This document shows, one piece after another, positions 24,310-35,498 of a DNA stretch of 64,000 bases. The notes beneath the pieces were generated by a model. It did no database searches. It was not told the DNA's origin and saw only the letters and a list, made by a program, of their open reading frames with translations. Position 1 is the first letter of the stretch; every line of letters starts with the position of its first letter. Source of the stretch: Berkelbacteria bacterium GW2011_GWE1_39_12. Its GTDB lineage: Bacteria > Patescibacteriota > UBA1384 > UBA12157. Both the position numbers and the translations under genes were made by a program. The stretch spans positions 784,298-848,297 of the forward strand of contig CP011213.1 of the NCBI GenBank assembly GCA_001029735.1, given 5' to 3'.

Positions 24310-26406
24310 ATGGCCAGAGAATATCCATTAGAAAAAACTCGAAACATCGGAATTATTGCTCACATTGACGCAGGAAAAACAACCGTTTCTGAACGCGTTC
24401 TGTTTTATACCGGTAAAACCTATAAAATTGGTGAAGTTCATGAAGGCGAAGCCGTTATGGACTGGATGGAACAGGAACAAGAACGCGGTATCACTATTAC
24501 TTCCGCCGCCACCACTTGTTTTTGGGCAACTCGCGACAATCCAAATGAAAAATACCGTTTTAACATCATCGACACTCCGGGACACATTGACTTCACTGCT
24601 GAGGTTCAGCGTTCCTTGCGTGTTCTTGATGGTGCCGTTGTTATTTTTGATGGTGTAGCTGGCGTTGAACCGCAGTCAGAAACCGTCTGGCATCAAGCTG
24701 ATAAATTTGAAGTACCTCGTATCTGCTTTATTAACAAGTTAGATCGAATGGGTGCAGATTTTTATCGCTCATTCCAATCGATAATCGATCGACTTTCCAA
24801 TAATGCAGTGGCCATGCAAATCCCAATCGGTGAAGAGGCTGACCTTTCTGGTGTTATTGATCTGTTAAAAATGAAAGCATTGCGTTTTGAAGGGGATAAA
24901 GGTCAAACTGTTACTGAAGAAGAAATTCCAGCCGATCTCAAAACAAAAGCTGAAGAATATCGCCAAAAGTTAATTGAAAAAATTGCTGAAACTGATGATA
25001 CCTTAATCAATAAATATCTCGAAGGTGAAGAAATCGCATATGCAGATCTAAAGAACGCACTTCGAAAAGCTACTTTAGCCAACCTGTTAATTCCAGTATT
25101 CGCTGGTACGGCTTTGAAAAATAAAGGTGTTCAGCCAATGCTTGATGCTGTTATTGATTATTTGCCTTCACCAATCGACATTCCTGCAATAAAAGGTGTA
25201 AAGCCTCGAACTGAAGAAGAAATCGAACGCCACGCATCCGACGAAGAACCGTTTTCCGCTTTGGCCTTTAAAGTTGCTGCCGATCCTTTCGTTGGCACTT
25301 TGACTTTCTTCCGAGTTTATTCAGGTCAGCTTAAAGCAGGTTCGTATGTTTTAAACCCAACCAAAAATATCAAAGAAAGAATTGGACGTATAGTTCGACT
25401 TCATGCTAACCATCGCGAAGATGTTGAAGAAGTTTTTGCTGGAGACATTGCCGCCGCTGTCGGTCTAAAAAACACTTTTACTTCCGATACTCTTTGCGAC
25501 GAACAAAACCCAATTGTCTTGGAAGTCATTAACTTCCCAGAACCAGTGATTTCCTTGGCAATCGAGCCAAAAACCAAGCAAGATCAAGAAAAAATGGGTA
25601 TTGCTTTAAATCGATTGGCACAAGAGGATCCGACATTCCAAATTAAAGGTGATATTGAAACTGGTCAAACCACTATTTCCGGTATGGGCGAATTGCATCT
25701 GGACGTTTTAGTTGATCGTATGAAGCGTGAATTTAACGTCGAGGCCAATGTTGGCGCACCTCAGGTTGCTTATAAAGAAACAATCAAACAAGCTGTCAAA
25801 CAAGAATCAAAATTCATCCGTCAGTCTGGTGGTCGTGGTCAATATGGTCATGTCTACATTGAGCTTGCTCCACGAGAACGCGGTGAGGGCTTTGAATTCA
25901 TCGATAAAGTTGTCGGCGGCGCCATTCCAAAGGAATATATTCCTGCTGTTGAAAAAGGTGTCAAAGATGCCATGAGCCGCGGTGTCGTTGCCGGTTATCC
26001 TTTAGTTGATATGTCAGTAACTCTATATGATGGTACTTACCATGATGTTGACTCTTCGGAAATGTCTTTCCAAATTGCTGGTTCGATGGCTTTGCAAGAA
26101 GGTGTTAAAAAAGCCAACGCAGTTTTACTTGAACCGGTAATGAAAATTGAAGTCGTTACTCCTGAAGATTTTATGGGGGACGTCATGGGCGATCTTAACT
26201 CCAAACGAGGTCAGATCAAAGAAATGTCCGACCGCGGCAAAATGAAAGTTATTGATGCCGAAGCACCGCTTTCTGAAATGTTTGGTTATGCCACTCAGCT
26301 TCGATCAATGACTCAAGGCCGTGCATCCTACACTATGGAATTCGACCATTTGGCCGAAGTTCCAGCCCATTTGACCCAAAAGATCATTGAAGGCAAAAAA
26401 AAGTAA
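24310..26406 (+). CDS. fusA: elongation factor G
   Basis: [37 protein letters not shown]. Confidence 0.99.
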   Translation: MAREYPLEKTRNIGIIAHIDAGKTTVSERVLFYTGKTYKIGEVHEGEAVMDWMEQEQERGITITSAATTCFWATRDNPNEKYRFNIIDTPGHIDFTAEVQRSLRVLDGAVVIFDGVAGVEPQSETVWHQADKFEVPRICFINKLDRMGADFYRSFQSIIDRLSNNAVAMQIPIGEEADLSGVIDLLKMKALRFEGDKGQTVTEEEIPADLKTKAEEYRQKLIEKIAETDDTLINKYLEGEEIAYADLKNALRKATLANLLIPVFAGTALKNKGVQPMLDAVIDYLPSPIDIPAIKGVKPRTEEEIERHASDEEPFSALAFKVAADPFVGTLTFFRVYSGQLKAGSYVLNPTKNIKERIGRIVRLHANHREDVEEVFAGDIAAAVGLKNTFTSDTLCDEQNPIVLEVINFPEPVISLAIEPKTKQDQEKMGIALNRLAQEDPTFQIKGDIETGQTTISGMGELHLDVLVDRMKREFNVEANVGAPQVAYKETIKQAVKQESKFIRQSGGRGQYGHVYIELAPRERGEGFEFIDKVVGGAIPKEYIPAVEKGVKDAMSRGVVAGYPLVDMSVTLYDGTYHDVDSSEMSFQIAGSMALQEGVKKANAVLLEPVMKIEVVTPEDFMGDVMGDLNSKRGQIKEMSDRGKMKVIDAEAPLSEMFGYATQLRSMTQGRASYTMEFDHLAEVPAHLTQKIIEGKKK

Positions 26407-26416
26407 ATTATATAAA

Positions 26417-26481
26417 GTCATTGCGAGGCCTTCTGGCCGAAGCAATCTATTCAAGATTGCCACGCTATCGCTCGCAATGAC
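26417..26481. repeat. REP-like palindromic element, full copy
   Basis: GTCATTGCGAG..GCAATCT attca AGATTGC..CTCGCAATGAC nested inverted repeats. Confidence 0.85.
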
Positions 26482-26497
26482 AAAAAAATAGATTATT

Positions 26498-26533
26498 AAA
26501 AAACCGCTCTGAGCTTGTCGAAGAGCGGTTTTG
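26498..26533. terminator. bidirectional terminator
   Basis: AAAACCGCTCT...AGAGCGGTTTT. Confidence 0.8.
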
Positions 26534-26541
26534 GGTTATGA

Positions 26542-27054
26542 TTACTTGAGCGATTTAGGAGTGATATTCAACCTTGTGCTCAATCCGACTTCTATAAGCA
26601 GTGGCTTTGCGTCAACTCGCAAGCGGTAGAGATCCCAACAGAAATCACCCATATTACCGATTCTAACGAATGCTGTGTGGGTGACAAAACCGGGGGTACT
26701 ATTACACAACATCACTTTGAGCACATTACTCTTGAAGTTTCTTGTCATTAGATGATGTGGAGTCACACACTGTGCGAGCCCAGGATTATCTTTTTCGGGA
26801 TTTACAAAATCTGATGGGAGTTCCGGCTCCCGGTATGTCCAAACCGAATAGTATCCCTCCTGAAAAATACCCAGAAGTTGCTTGTCGACTCTTCTTGCTG
26901 CCCAATGGAGCGTTAACTCTTGGAGATCTTGCCTAAAGGGATCGGATTCAATCGCCAGATTAATGAAATCCGGCGATATCGTGCTTAGCCCCTCTAGTAG
27001 TTCTGAGACACGTCTTAGGCCTGCGGCCAAATTATTCAAGCTTACCTTACTCAT
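26542..27054 (-). CDS. hypothetical protein (stand-alone cassette)
   Basis: ATG after GGAGGT; promoter TTGACA-17-TAATAT at 27142-27170. Confidence 0.7.
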   Translation of the reverse strand: MSKVSLNNLAAGLRRVSELLEGLSTISPDFINLAIESDPFRQDLQELTLHWAARRVDKQLLGIFQEGYYSVWTYREPELPSDFVNPEKDNPGLAQCVTPHHLMTRNFKSNVLKVMLCNSTPGFVTHTAFVRIGNMGDFCWDLYRLRVDAKPLLIEVGLSTRLNITPKSLK

Positions 27055-27229
27055 TGTAAAGCGTACCTCCCTTTTCACAGCCAACCACAGCTACCGATGT
27101 AACCCCAGCTGGTTCTGTGGCTTCCCTTAGGAAACAGGTCGATATTACTCTTAAGGTGTCATTTTGTCAATGAACTCTTGTGTATTTTTTCTCCGCATTG
27201 TGCCATAATATAATTAATAAGTAATTAAC

Positions 27230-27345
27230 GCCCCACTTCGCTAAAGCTTCGCGGGACACACTTCATTCAATTCTTTTTGGGTATCAATAGAATGGAGTGG
27301 CTTGCCACGCGTAGCCCAAGCAAAGCGAAGGGCGAAGTGTGGAGG
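27230..27345. repeat. REP-like structured intergenic element
   Basis: CCCACTTCGCTAAAGCTTCGCGGG, then CACTTCATTC..GAATGGAGTG, then CCACGCGTAGCCC..GGGCGAAGTGTGG hairpins. Confidence 0.55.
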
Positions 27346-27351
27346 GATCAC

Positions 27352-28251
27352 ATGGACTATTTTGGTATTATCAAAAAGGCCTTTAAGATTAATTTAAAGA
27401 ATAAGTTTTTGTGGATTTTTGGTATCTTAGCCGGTGGAGCAGCGGGTTTTAATGGAATGAATGGCAATTTTGGTTCGCCGTCGAGTAACTCTACTTGGTC
27501 GGATATGAGTAAAAAGTTTGCGGATTTTGATATTACCGCTTTCTGGGCTGACCACGGCGCAACAATTATATTCTTGACAGTTTTGTTTACTGTTTTAGCT
27601 ATTATCTTTTTTGTTCTTAATTTAACCAGCCAAGGTGCTTTAATTGGCTCAGTCGAAAAAATTGAAGCAGACGAAAAAGTAGATTTTTCCAAAGGTTTTA
27701 GTATTGGTTGGAAGAATTTTTGGCGCGTTTGGGCATTGAATATTACTATTTTGTTGGCTATTCTCCTTGGTCTTTGTCTTTTGGTAATTCCAACCTGTCT
27801 TTTGGTCATTGCCGGCGCCTATGTTTCGGCAACCGTAATCGGCATTTTAATGTTTGTTGTAAACTTAGCTTTTTGGATTGTAATTTCTTTTATCTCTCCT
27901 TATGCTTTAAGAATTGTTATTTTAAGAAAGCTAACCATCTTTCAAAGTTTGCGACAGGCCCTACATTTTGTTCGTGACAACCTAGCGGAAGTCGTAGTCA
28001 TATACTTGTTATTAGCAGCTATCGGTATTGCAGTTGGCCTTGGTGTAGCTATTGCTGCAGTTATTATCATCGGCTTGTTATTCGCGATTGGGTACGGCCT
28101 TTTCTTGGCAAGCCTTACCGCAGCAGTATTTTATGGTTTGATTGTCGCCTTCATACTAGTTTTAGCCATAATCGCTTTTTCTGGTGCCTATTCTTCCTTC
28201 CAATCAACTGTTTTAACCCTGACTTACTTGAAGCTTGTAAACCGCAACTAA
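27352..28251 (+). CDS. multi-pass membrane protein
   Basis: Start MDYFGIIKKAF after GGAGG; several hydrophobic helices. Confidence 0.85.
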   Translation: MDYFGIIKKAFKINLKNKFLWIFGILAGGAAGFNGMNGNFGSPSSNSTWSDMSKKFADFDITAFWADHGATIIFLTVLFTVLAIIFFVLNLTSQGALIGSVEKIEADEKVDFSKGFSIGWKNFWRVWALNITILLAILLGLCLLVIPTCLLVIAGAYVSATVIGILMFVVNLAFWIVISFISPYALRIVILRKLTIFQSLRQALHFVRDNLAEVVVIYLLLAAIGIAVGLGVAIAAVIIIGLLFAIGYGLFLASLTAAVFYGLIVAFILVLAIIAFSGAYSSFQSTVLTLTYLKLVNRN

Positions 28252-28296
28252 GCTTCGAAGAAGATTGAGTTTAGCTTCGAAGAAGATTGAGTTTAG
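28251..28296 (+). repeat. 22-bp perfect tandem duplication
   Basis: AGCTTCGAAGAAGATTGAGTTT x2. Confidence 0.95.
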
Positions 28297-28427
28297 ATTT
28301 GACGGATCATGTAAGATATGATATGATTCATCTAGTCAATCCCTACCTTATCAACAGGGTTGACATTATTGAATTTTTATCGTACAATTAAAAAGCAAAA
28401 AACAATTTAAATCATCGGAGGTCTTTA

Positions 28428-29612
28428 ATGGCTGCAGAAAAATTCGAACGTAAAAAACCCCATGTAAACGTGGGAACTATTGGTCACGTTGACCACGGTA
28501 AGACTACCTTAACCGCGGCTATTTTGGCTGTACAAGCTAAAAAAGGTTTAGCCGCTCCTCGCTCGGTTGATCAAATTGACGCCGCTCCTGAAGAAAAAGA
28601 ACGCGGTATTACTATTGCAACCTGCCATGTCGAATATGAAACTGAAAAACGACACTATGCTCACGTCGACTGTCCGGGACATGCTGATTATGTTAAAAAC
28701 ATGATCACTGGTGCCGCTCAGATGGATGGCGCTATCTTGGTTGTTTCCGCTGCTGACGGCCCGATGCCTCAGACTCGCGAACACATCCTTTTGGCATACC
28801 AAGTTGGTGTTCCAAATATCGTCGTTTTCATGAATAAAACCGACCAAGTATCTGATCCTGAACTCTTAGAATTGGTCGAAATGGAAATTCGCGATTTGTT
28901 AACTAAATATCATTTCAAGGGCGATGAAGTTCCGATTGTTAAGGGCTCAGCTCTTAAAGCACTTGAAGGTGATGCTGATGCAGAAAAAGCTGTTTCTGAT
29001 TTAATGGATGCCTTAGATTCATATATTCCAGAACCAACCCGAGAAATTGACAAGCCGCTTTTAATGGCTGTTGAAGACGTTTTCTCTATCAAGGGTCGTG
29101 GTACCGTTGCTACTGGTAGAATTGAACGCGGTCAAGTAAAAATCAACGATGAAGTTGAAATTGTTGGTCTTAAACCAACCAAAAAAGTTATTGTAACTGG
29201 TGTTGAAATGTTCAAAAAACAACTTGACGAAGGTCAAGCCGGCGACAACGTTGGCTTGTTGCTTCGTGGTGTTGAACGAGAAGACATCGAACGCGGTCAA
29301 GTTATTGCCAAAACTGGTACTATTACTCCACACACTGAATTTGACGCTGAAGTTTATATTTTAAGCAAAGAAGAAGGTGGACGACATACACCGTTTATGA
29401 AGGGTTACAAACCACAGTTCTATGTTAGAACTACTGACGTGACCGGTGAAGTCGAACTTCCAGCAGATACCGAAATGGTTATGCCGGGCGATACCATCTC
29501 CTTTAAAGTTAAATTAATCCAACCAGTTGCTATGGAAGAAGGCATGAAGTTCGCTATCCGTGAAGGTGGCAGAACTGTCGGCGCTGGTGTGGTTACGAAA
29601 ATCAACAAATAA
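28428..29612 (+). CDS. tuf: elongation factor Tu
   Basis: [31 protein letters not shown]. Confidence 0.99.
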   Translation: MAAEKFERKKPHVNVGTIGHVDHGKTTLTAAILAVQAKKGLAAPRSVDQIDAAPEEKERGITIATCHVEYETEKRHYAHVDCPGHADYVKNMITGAAQMDGAILVVSAADGPMPQTREHILLAYQVGVPNIVVFMNKTDQVSDPELLELVEMEIRDLLTKYHFKGDEVPIVKGSALKALEGDADAEKAVSDLMDALDSYIPEPTREIDKPLLMAVEDVFSIKGRGTVATGRIERGQVKINDEVEIVGLKPTKKVIVTGVEMFKKQLDEGQAGDNVGLLLRGVEREDIERGQVIAKTGTITPHTEFDAEVYILSKEEGGRHTPFMKGYKPQFYVRTTDVTGEVELPADTEMVMPGDTISFKVKLIQPVAMEEGMKFAIREGGRTVGAGVVTKINK

Positions 29613-29621
29613 AAGAGGAAT

Positions 29622-29945
29622 ATGGCAAAGACAAACGCTCCTAAACAAAAAATCAGAATCAGACTTAAGGCTTATGATTATCGAATTATCGATAAGTCAG
29701 CCCGTAAGATTATTGAAACCGCAGAGCGCACAGGAGCTCAAGTAATTGGGCCGATTCCTTTGCCAACTGAAAAAAGTAAAGTCACGGTTTTGAAGAGTCC
29801 TTATATTCATAAAGATGCCCGCGAGCAGTTCGAAATGAGAATTCACAAGAGATTAATCGATGTTTTAGAACCAAATGCTAAGACCATCGACTCTCTAATG
29901 AGTTTAGATCTGCCAGCAGGCGTAGACATCGAGATCAAAACCTGA
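29622..29945 (+). CDS. rpsJ: 30S ribosomal protein S10
   Basis: [31 protein letters not shown]. Confidence 0.99.
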   Translation: MAKTNAPKQKIRIRLKAYDYRIIDKSARKIIETAERTGAQVIGPIPLPTEKSKVTVLKSPYIHKDAREQFEMRIHKRLIDVLEPNAKTIDSLMSLDLPAGVDIEIKT

Positions 29946-29965
29946 TACAATAACGTTATAAATAC

Positions 29966-30023
29966 AAAAAATTTAGTCCGGATAATGTTCGCTACGGCGG
30001 GCGTTTCCAGACCAAATTTTTTT
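29966..30023 (+). promoter_or_regulatory. long hairpin between rpsJ and rplC, putative cis-regulatory RNA
   Basis: Long imperfect stem capped by C-UACG-G. Confidence 0.55.
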
Positions 30024-30055
30024 ACTTGAGACCCATAAAGGACACAAGGAAACAT

Positions 30056-30700
30056 ATGAAAGCTATAATTGGTAAAAAAATAGGTATGACGAGAGTTTTT
30101 GACGAAAAAGGCATGGTAATTCCGGTTACCCTTATTTCTGTAGGCGAAAACGTCATTACCCAGGTCAAAACAGCCGACACTGATGGTTACGAAGCCGCTC
30201 AGGTTGGTATGGTTGAAAACAAGAAAATCAACAAACCGTTAAGTGGTCATTTGGCCAAAACCAAAATCAAGAGCCGCACTTTCAAAGAATTTCATTTTTC
30301 CGGGCTTGAATTAGGTCAAAAACTTGACCTTACTCAATTTGAAGAAGGTGAAGCAGTTTTCGCTCAAAATATTTCCAAAGGTAAAGGTTGGGCTGGTGTC
30401 GTTAAACGTCATCATTTCAATACTGGACCTCGTACACATGGTAGTGACAACTATCGACGTCCTGGTTCAATTGGTGCCACAGGCCCACAGCGTGTCATCA
30501 AGGGCCGCCGTATGGCTGGTCAGATGGGTTTTGAGCAAGTCACCCAAAAGAACATCAAAATTGTTAGTATCGATATAGAAAAGAATATTTTAATGGTTAA
30601 AGGCGCAATTCCTGGCCCAAATAAGAGCACTGTTTATATTTGGTCTAACAACGCCATAAAAGCCAAAAACGAAGAAAATACAGGTGAATCAAATGAATAA
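30056..30700 (+). CDS. rplC: 50S ribosomal protein L3
   Basis: GKKIGMTRVF, SKGKGWAGVVKRH, RRPGSIG. Confidence 0.98.
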   Translation: MKAIIGKKIGMTRVFDEKGMVIPVTLISVGENVITQVKTADTDGYEAAQVGMVENKKINKPLSGHLAKTKIKSRTFKEFHFSGLELGQKLDLTQFEEGEAVFAQNISKGKGWAGVVKRHHFNTGPRTHGSDNYRRPGSIGATGPQRVIKGRRMAGQMGFEQVTQKNIKIVSIDIEKNILMVKGAIPGPNKSTVYIWSNNAIKAKNEENTGESNE

Positions 30701-31349
30701 TAAAGTTGCTATCTACAATATAGACGGTAAAGCTACCGCTTCTGAGCAGGAAGTTTCAACTCTTTTAGTTGAAGAACAAAACGATGCCTTGTTTTCACAA
30801 GCCGTTTTGACCCAGCAAGCTAATCGTCGCCGCGCCATTGCTTCAACCAAAGATCGTGGTCATGTTTCAGGTGGCGGAAAGAAGCCTTTTAAACAAAAAG
30901 GTACTGGCAATGCTCGTGCAGGTTCAACTCGTTCACCATTATGGATCGGTGGAGGCGTAACTTTTGGCCCACATGGCACCAGAAATTACAGCAAAAGAAT
31001 TCCTACTGCAATGAAACAAAGAGCCATTAAGATGGTTTTAACTCAGAAAATCCTTGATAACCGTTTTATTGTTTTAGAAGATTTGCAATTGGAAAAGATT
31101 TCCACCAAGCAAATTCAAGGTATTTTTGAAAAATTGCCTTTGCAAGATGGAAAGATTTTAGTCATTTTGCCGCAAATTGATGTTAATATAGAGCTTTCTC
31201 TCGCTAACGTCCCTTACGCCAAAGTGATTAAGGCAGAAAATTTAAACGTTTTAGATTTAAGTAAATTTAACTACGTTTTAACAACTGTCGCCGGTGTAGA
31301 AAAAATTATGAATATATTTTCCGGTAAAGCCGCAAAGGAGTCTAAATGA
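30693..31349 (+). CDS. rplD: 50S ribosomal protein L4
   Basis: VSGGGKKPFKQKGTGNARAGS. Confidence 0.98.
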   Translation: MNNKVAIYNIDGKATASEQEVSTLLVEEQNDALFSQAVLTQQANRRRAIASTKDRGHVSGGGKKPFKQKGTGNARAGSTRSPLWIGGGVTFGPHGTRNYSKRIPTAMKQRAIKMVLTQKILDNRFIVLEDLQLEKISTKQIQGIFEKLPLQDGKILVILPQIDVNIELSLANVPYAKVIKAENLNVLDLSKFNYVLTTVAGVEKIMNIFSGKAAKESK

Positions 31350-31627
31350 AGGTATTAATTAGACCAGTTATTACAGAAAAGACAATGGCCGGAGCAGCAG
31401 ATAGCAAGTTCGTATTTGAAGTGATGCCAAATGTTAACAAACATCAAATCACTCAAACTATTGAAGAAATTTATAAAGTGAATGTTATTAAGATAAATAT
31501 TAATAAATACAAACCGGAAGAGAAATTGATTCGCGGTCGGCTCAAATCCAGAATTCATGGCGAAAAAAGAGCGATCGTTACCTTGAAAAAGGGTCAAAAA
31601 ATCGAAGGTTTCGAAATTAAAGAATAA
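31346..31627 (+). CDS. rplW: 50S ribosomal protein L23
   Basis: RPVITEK...KRAIVTL; synteny. Confidence 0.95.
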   Translation: MKVLIRPVITEKTMAGAADSKFVFEVMPNVNKHQITQTIEEIYKVNVIKININKYKPEEKLIRGRLKSRIHGEKRAIVTLKKGQKIEGFEIKE

Positions 31628-31647
31628 GATCGAAAAGGGTATAAAAA

Positions 31648-32478
31648 ATGGCTATTAGAATCTTAAAACCAAATACAGCAGGACGACGCAATATGTCGGT
31701 AACCGACTTCTCTGGTTTGACGAAGAAAAAATCTGAACGATCATTGACTAAGGTTTTAAAACGTTCAGCTGGTCGTGATTATACCGGTCAAATCAGTGTT
31801 CGTCACAAAGGTGGCGGCGCAAAACGAAGATATCGCGAAATTTCTCATTTAAATGAGAAAATCGGTGTTAAAGCTGTTGTTAGTTCATTAGAATATGATC
31901 CATATCGAAGTGCTTTTATTTGTTTAATCACCTTCGAAGATGGTACAAAAAGATATATTTTAGCTTGGGACGGTGCAGCAGAAGGTAATGAAATTATTGC
32001 CAATGAAAAAGCTGAAGTAATTTTCGGCAACCGAATGATGTTGAAAAACATTCCAACCGGTAATCAAATTCATGATATTGAAATCCATATGAACCAGGGC
32101 GGAAAATTAGTTAAATCGGCTGGTAATTCAGCTGTGATTTTAGCTAAAGACGCCGGCTGGTGCCAGATTAAGATGCCTTCAGGTGAAATTAGAAAAATTA
32201 ACGAAAAATGTTTTGCTTCAATCGGACAAGTCAGTAACACCACGCATTCGGCTCAAACAATTGGAAAAGCCGGCCGCAAACGTCACATGGGTGTTAGACC
32301 ATCTGTCCGTGGTAAAGCAATGAACCCGAATTCGCATCCGCATGGTGGTGGAGAAGGTCAAAACTCAATTGGTTTGAAATATCCAAAGACTCCATGGGGT
32401 AAGCATGCAATCGGTGTAAGAACCAGAAAAAAGAATAAATATTCTGCACAATTTATTGTGAAGAGGAGAAAGAAGTAA
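31648..32478 (+). CDS. rplB: 50S ribosomal protein L2
   Basis: [29 protein letters not shown]. Confidence 0.99.
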   Translation: MAIRILKPNTAGRRNMSVTDFSGLTKKKSERSLTKVLKRSAGRDYTGQISVRHKGGGAKRRYREISHLNEKIGVKAVVSSLEYDPYRSAFICLITFEDGTKRYILAWDGAAEGNEIIANEKAEVIFGNRMMLKNIPTGNQIHDIEIHMNQGGKLVKSAGNSAVILAKDAGWCQIKMPSGEIRKINEKCFASIGQVSNTTHSAQTIGKAGRKRHMGVRPSVRGKAMNPNSHPHGGGEGQNSIGLKYPKTPWGKHAIGVRTRKKNKYSAQFIVKRRKK

Positions 32479-32816
32479 TGTCAAGATCACTGAAAAAAGG
32501 GCCATTTATTGACCTTCGGTTAATAAACAAGCTCCAAAATATGAAGGCAGGCGACAAGAGTACCATCAAAACATGGTCACGCGCTGCTGTTATTACTCCA
32601 GAAATGGTTGGATTCCGTTTTGGTGTTCATAATGGCAAAGTACATGTAGAAGTTTTAGTGGTTGAAGATATGGTTGGCCATAAATTAGGCGAATTTTCTC
32701 CAACACGTAAGTTTGCCAGACATGGTGGTAAGATGGCAAAAGAACAGGCACAAGCTGTAGCAGCTAAAGAAGCTCAAGGCGTAAAAGCCGCAGCCGCACC
32801 TAAGGCAGGAAAATAA
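32478..32816 (+). CDS. rpsS: 30S ribosomal protein S19 with Ala/Lys tail
   Basis: [23 protein letters not shown]. Confidence 0.99.
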   Translation: MSRSLKKGPFIDLRLINKLQNMKAGDKSTIKTWSRAAVITPEMVGFRFGVHNGKVHVEVLVVEDMVGHKLGEFSPTRKFARHGGKMAKEQAQAVAAKEAQGVKAAAAPKAGK

Positions 32817-32818
32817 TT

Positions 32819-33208
32819 ATGAATTTTATTTCTAAACAAAGATTTTCTAAAATCGCTCCAGATAAAATCAGAATTTTGTCCAGCATGATCAAAGGTCAGA
32901 AAGTCGATTGGGCTTTGGCTCAATTAGAATTCTCTGGCAAAATCGGATCAAAATCTTTGATCAATGCCATCAAGCAAGCCATGGATCAAGTTAAAGTCAA
33001 AGGTTTGAATATTGATGATTTTAGAATTTCTACGACTCAAGTTGATGAAGGGCCAAAGTTGAAACGCCGCCGCATCAGACATCAGGGTCGTTCAACCATG
33101 ATTTTAAAAAGAATGTCACATGTAGCAGTCATATTAACAGATGAAATTAAACCAAAAGCCAAAAAAGAAACGACAAAAGAAGTCGTTGCGACCAAAGGGA
33201 GCAAATAA
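32819..33208 (+). CDS. rplV: 50S ribosomal protein L22
   Basis: VDEGPKLKR...GR...KRMSHV; synteny. Confidence 0.95.
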   Translation: MNFISKQRFSKIAPDKIRILSSMIKGQKVDWALAQLEFSGKIGSKSLINAIKQAMDQVKVKGLNIDDFRISTTQVDEGPKLKRRRIRHQGRSTMILKRMSHVAVILTDEIKPKAKKETTKEVVATKGSK

Positions 33209-33885
33209 TGGGCCAAAAAGTTAATCCAATTAGTTTTCGATTACCACTCAATAAGGATTGGCAATCAAAATGGTTTTCCAAGGGTAATTTTGCAAAAAAT
33301 TTAGCCGAAGATTTAGCCATTCGCCAAGCTATTGAAAAAAAATATGGTAAAACTGCCGGTATTGGCCGAGTTGAAGTTTTGCGAGACAACGATTCTATTA
33401 CCGTCAATCTTCACTCCTCAAAGCCTGGTATTTTGATCGGTCGCAGTGGCCAAGGTGTTATTGAATTAAAAGCTTATTTATTAAAAAATGTTGCTATTTA
33501 TAAAACTATGGACAGCAACAAACAACCAAAAATTAAAGTTGACGTCATTGAAATTAAAGCCCCTGAGTTAAATGCTCAATTGGTGGCTGAAAATATCGCT
33601 ATTCAGATTGAAAAAAGAATTCCTTTCAAGAGAGCAACCAAGCAAGCTATTCAGAAAACCATGGAAATGCGCGCCAAAGGAATTAAAATCCAGGTTTCAG
33701 GTCGCCTTGGTGGCGCTGAAATTGCCAGAAGCGAAAAATATGGCGAAGGTTCTGTCCCATTGGGTCGCCTTAAAGCCAACGTTGACTACGGTTATGCGAT
33801 CGCGATGACTACCTATGGTACCATCGGCGTCAAAACATGGATTTACAAAGGTGATATTTTGAAAGAAGAGAAGGAAAAAAACTAG
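33208..33885 (+). CDS. rpsC: 30S ribosomal protein S3
   Basis: MGQKVNP, SGRLGGAEIAR, TTYGTIGVKTWI. Confidence 0.99.
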   Translation: MGQKVNPISFRLPLNKDWQSKWFSKGNFAKNLAEDLAIRQAIEKKYGKTAGIGRVEVLRDNDSITVNLHSSKPGILIGRSGQGVIELKAYLLKNVAIYKTMDSNKQPKIKVDVIEIKAPELNAQLVAENIAIQIEKRIPFKRATKQAIQKTMEMRAKGIKIQVSGRLGGAEIARSEKYGEGSVPLGRLKANVDYGYAIAMTTYGTIGVKTWIYKGDILKEEKEKN

Positions 33886-33928
33886 CTCACGCTAGTCGCG
33901 GAATTTTCTAGAAAGAAAATATAATATG
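33881..33928 (+). other. hairpin-GCGGA-hairpin element between rpsC and rplP
   Basis: ACTAGC tcac GCTAGT C GCGGA ATTTTCT agaa AGAAAAT ATAAT ATG. Confidence 0.85.
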
Positions 33929-34333
33929 TTAATGCCCAAGAAATTAAAACACAGAAAAGTTAACCGTGGCAAACGCGCTGGCGTAGCCTCACGCGGCTTT
34001 GAGATATCGTTTGGCCAATATGGTTTGAAATCATTGGGCAGAGGATGGCTTACGGCTCGTGAAATCGAAGCCGCCCGACGTGCCATGACCCGTTATATCA
34101 AACGTGGTGGCGCAGTCTGGATCCGTATTTTCCCAGATAAACCAGTTACCCAGAAAGCCGCCGAAGTTGGTATGGGTGGTGGAAAAGGTACTATGGATCA
34201 CTTTGTAGCCGTCGTTCGACCAGGAAATATTTTGTTTGAAATGGCTGGCGTTCCTGAGGATATTGCTCGCGAAGCGTTACGCTTAGCCTCACATAAATTA
34301 AGAGTTGAAACCAAATTCGTTAAGAAAGATTAA
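33926..34333 (+). CDS. rplP: 50S ribosomal protein L16
   Basis: [28 protein letters not shown]. Confidence 0.99.
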   Translation: MLMPKKLKHRKVNRGKRAGVASRGFEISFGQYGLKSLGRGWLTAREIEAARRAMTRYIKRGGAVWIRIFPDKPVTQKAAEVGMGGGKGTMDHFVAVVRPGNILFEMAGVPEDIAREALRLASHKLRVETKFVKKD

Positions 34334-34341
34334 TCAAAAAT

Positions 34342-34569
34342 ATGAAAAAAGTTACTGAATTAAAAGAAATTAGAGAAAAAGACACCAAGGCCTTAGTTAA
34401 GGAATTGGCTGACTTAAATAAAAAAATGGCAGAATTGCAATTTAAAACTTCTTTTCGTAGATTAAAAAACTTTCACGAGATTACCGATATGAGAAAGCGC
34501 ACCGCTCGAATTTGGACAGTTTTAAATGAAAAGGCGATCGCCGAATTTAATAACAAGGAAAGTAAATAA
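34342..34569 (+). CDS. rpmC: 50S ribosomal protein L29
   Basis: Synteny; ELQF...RKRTARIWTVLNEK. Confidence 0.92.
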   Translation: MKKVTELKEIREKDTKALVKELADLNKKMAELQFKTSFRRLKNFHEITDMRKRTARIWTVLNEKAIAEFNNKESK

Positions 34570-34799
34570 TGAAAAAGTTAACTGGAACAATTGTTTCCGA
34601 TAAAATGGATAAAACCAGAACAGTTGCCGTCGTCGAAAAACGCCGCCATCCTATTTATGACAAGGCATTTACGGTTACTGGTAAGATTAAAGCTCATGAT
34701 GAAAAAAATGAGTTTGTTTCAGGTGATGTTGTCGAAATCGTCCCAGTTCGGCCGATTAGCAAAGACAAAGCCTGGAAAATTGTAAAGAAGGTTAAATAA
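34569..34799 (+). CDS. rpsQ: 30S ribosomal protein S17
   Basis: [25 protein letters not shown]. Confidence 0.98.
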   Translation: MKKLTGTIVSDKMDKTRTVAVVEKRRHPIYDKAFTVTGKIKAHDEKNEFVSGDVVEIVPVRPISKDKAWKIVKKVK

Positions 34800-34800
34800 A

Positions 34801-35169
34801 ATGATACAACCATATTCAAGATTAAAAGTGGCCGACAACACCGGCGCTAAAATAGTTCAGGTCATCACGGTAGTCGGCGGAGCAAAAGCAAATGCCGCCA
34901 AGATTGGTGATGTCGTGGTTGCTTCTGTAAAAAGCGCAGTGCCTCATGGCGCTGTTAAGAAAAAAGAAGTGGTCAAAGGTGTTATAATTCGCCAGGTTTT
35001 CCCTCATTCCAGACCAGATGGCACCATGATTCGCTTTGACGATAACGCAATTGTATTGATTAATGCAGATAAGACACCCCGTGGCAGTCGTATTTTTGGC
35101 CCAGTTGCCAGAGAATTACGCGAACGTGGGTATATGAAGATTATTTCTTTAGCATCGGAGGTTTTGTGA
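34801..35169 (+). CDS. rplN: 50S ribosomal protein L14
   Basis: [25 protein letters not shown]. Confidence 0.99.
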   Translation: MIQPYSRLKVADNTGAKIVQVITVVGGAKANAAKIGDVVVASVKSAVPHGAVKKKEVVKGVIIRQVFPHSRPDGTMIRFDDNAIVLINADKTPRGSRIFGPVARELRERGYMKIISLASEVL

Positions 35170-35498
35170 AGTTAAAAAAGGGTGACAATGTATTTGTAAT
35201 CGCTGGTAAATCCAAAGGCAAAACTGGAGAAATTACCGCGGTTATTAAAAAAGACGACAAAGTTGTGGTTACCGGTGTTAATATTGCCAAACATCACTTA
35301 AAACCTTCTCGTAAGGCCCCACATGGCGGCATTATGGACATTCCGGCCCCAATCCAAGCAAGTAACCTTATGGTTGTTTGTCCACATTGTGGCAAAATTG
35401 TCCGTATCGCACACAAGATTACGAAGGATGCCAAGGAAAGAATTTGCAGCAAATGCAAAGGCAGTTTGGATGTAAAGGAGAAGAATGTCAAGGCTTAA
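35166..35498 (+). CDS. rplX: 50S ribosomal protein L24 (CxxC...CxxC Zn-type)
   Basis: [21 protein letters not shown] motif; CPHC and CSKC. Confidence 0.97.
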   Translation: MKLKKGDNVFVIAGKSKGKTGEITAVIKKDDKVVVTGVNIAKHHLKPSRKAPHGGIMDIPAPIQASNLMVVCPHCGKIVRIAHKITKDAKERICSKCKGSLDVKEKNVKA

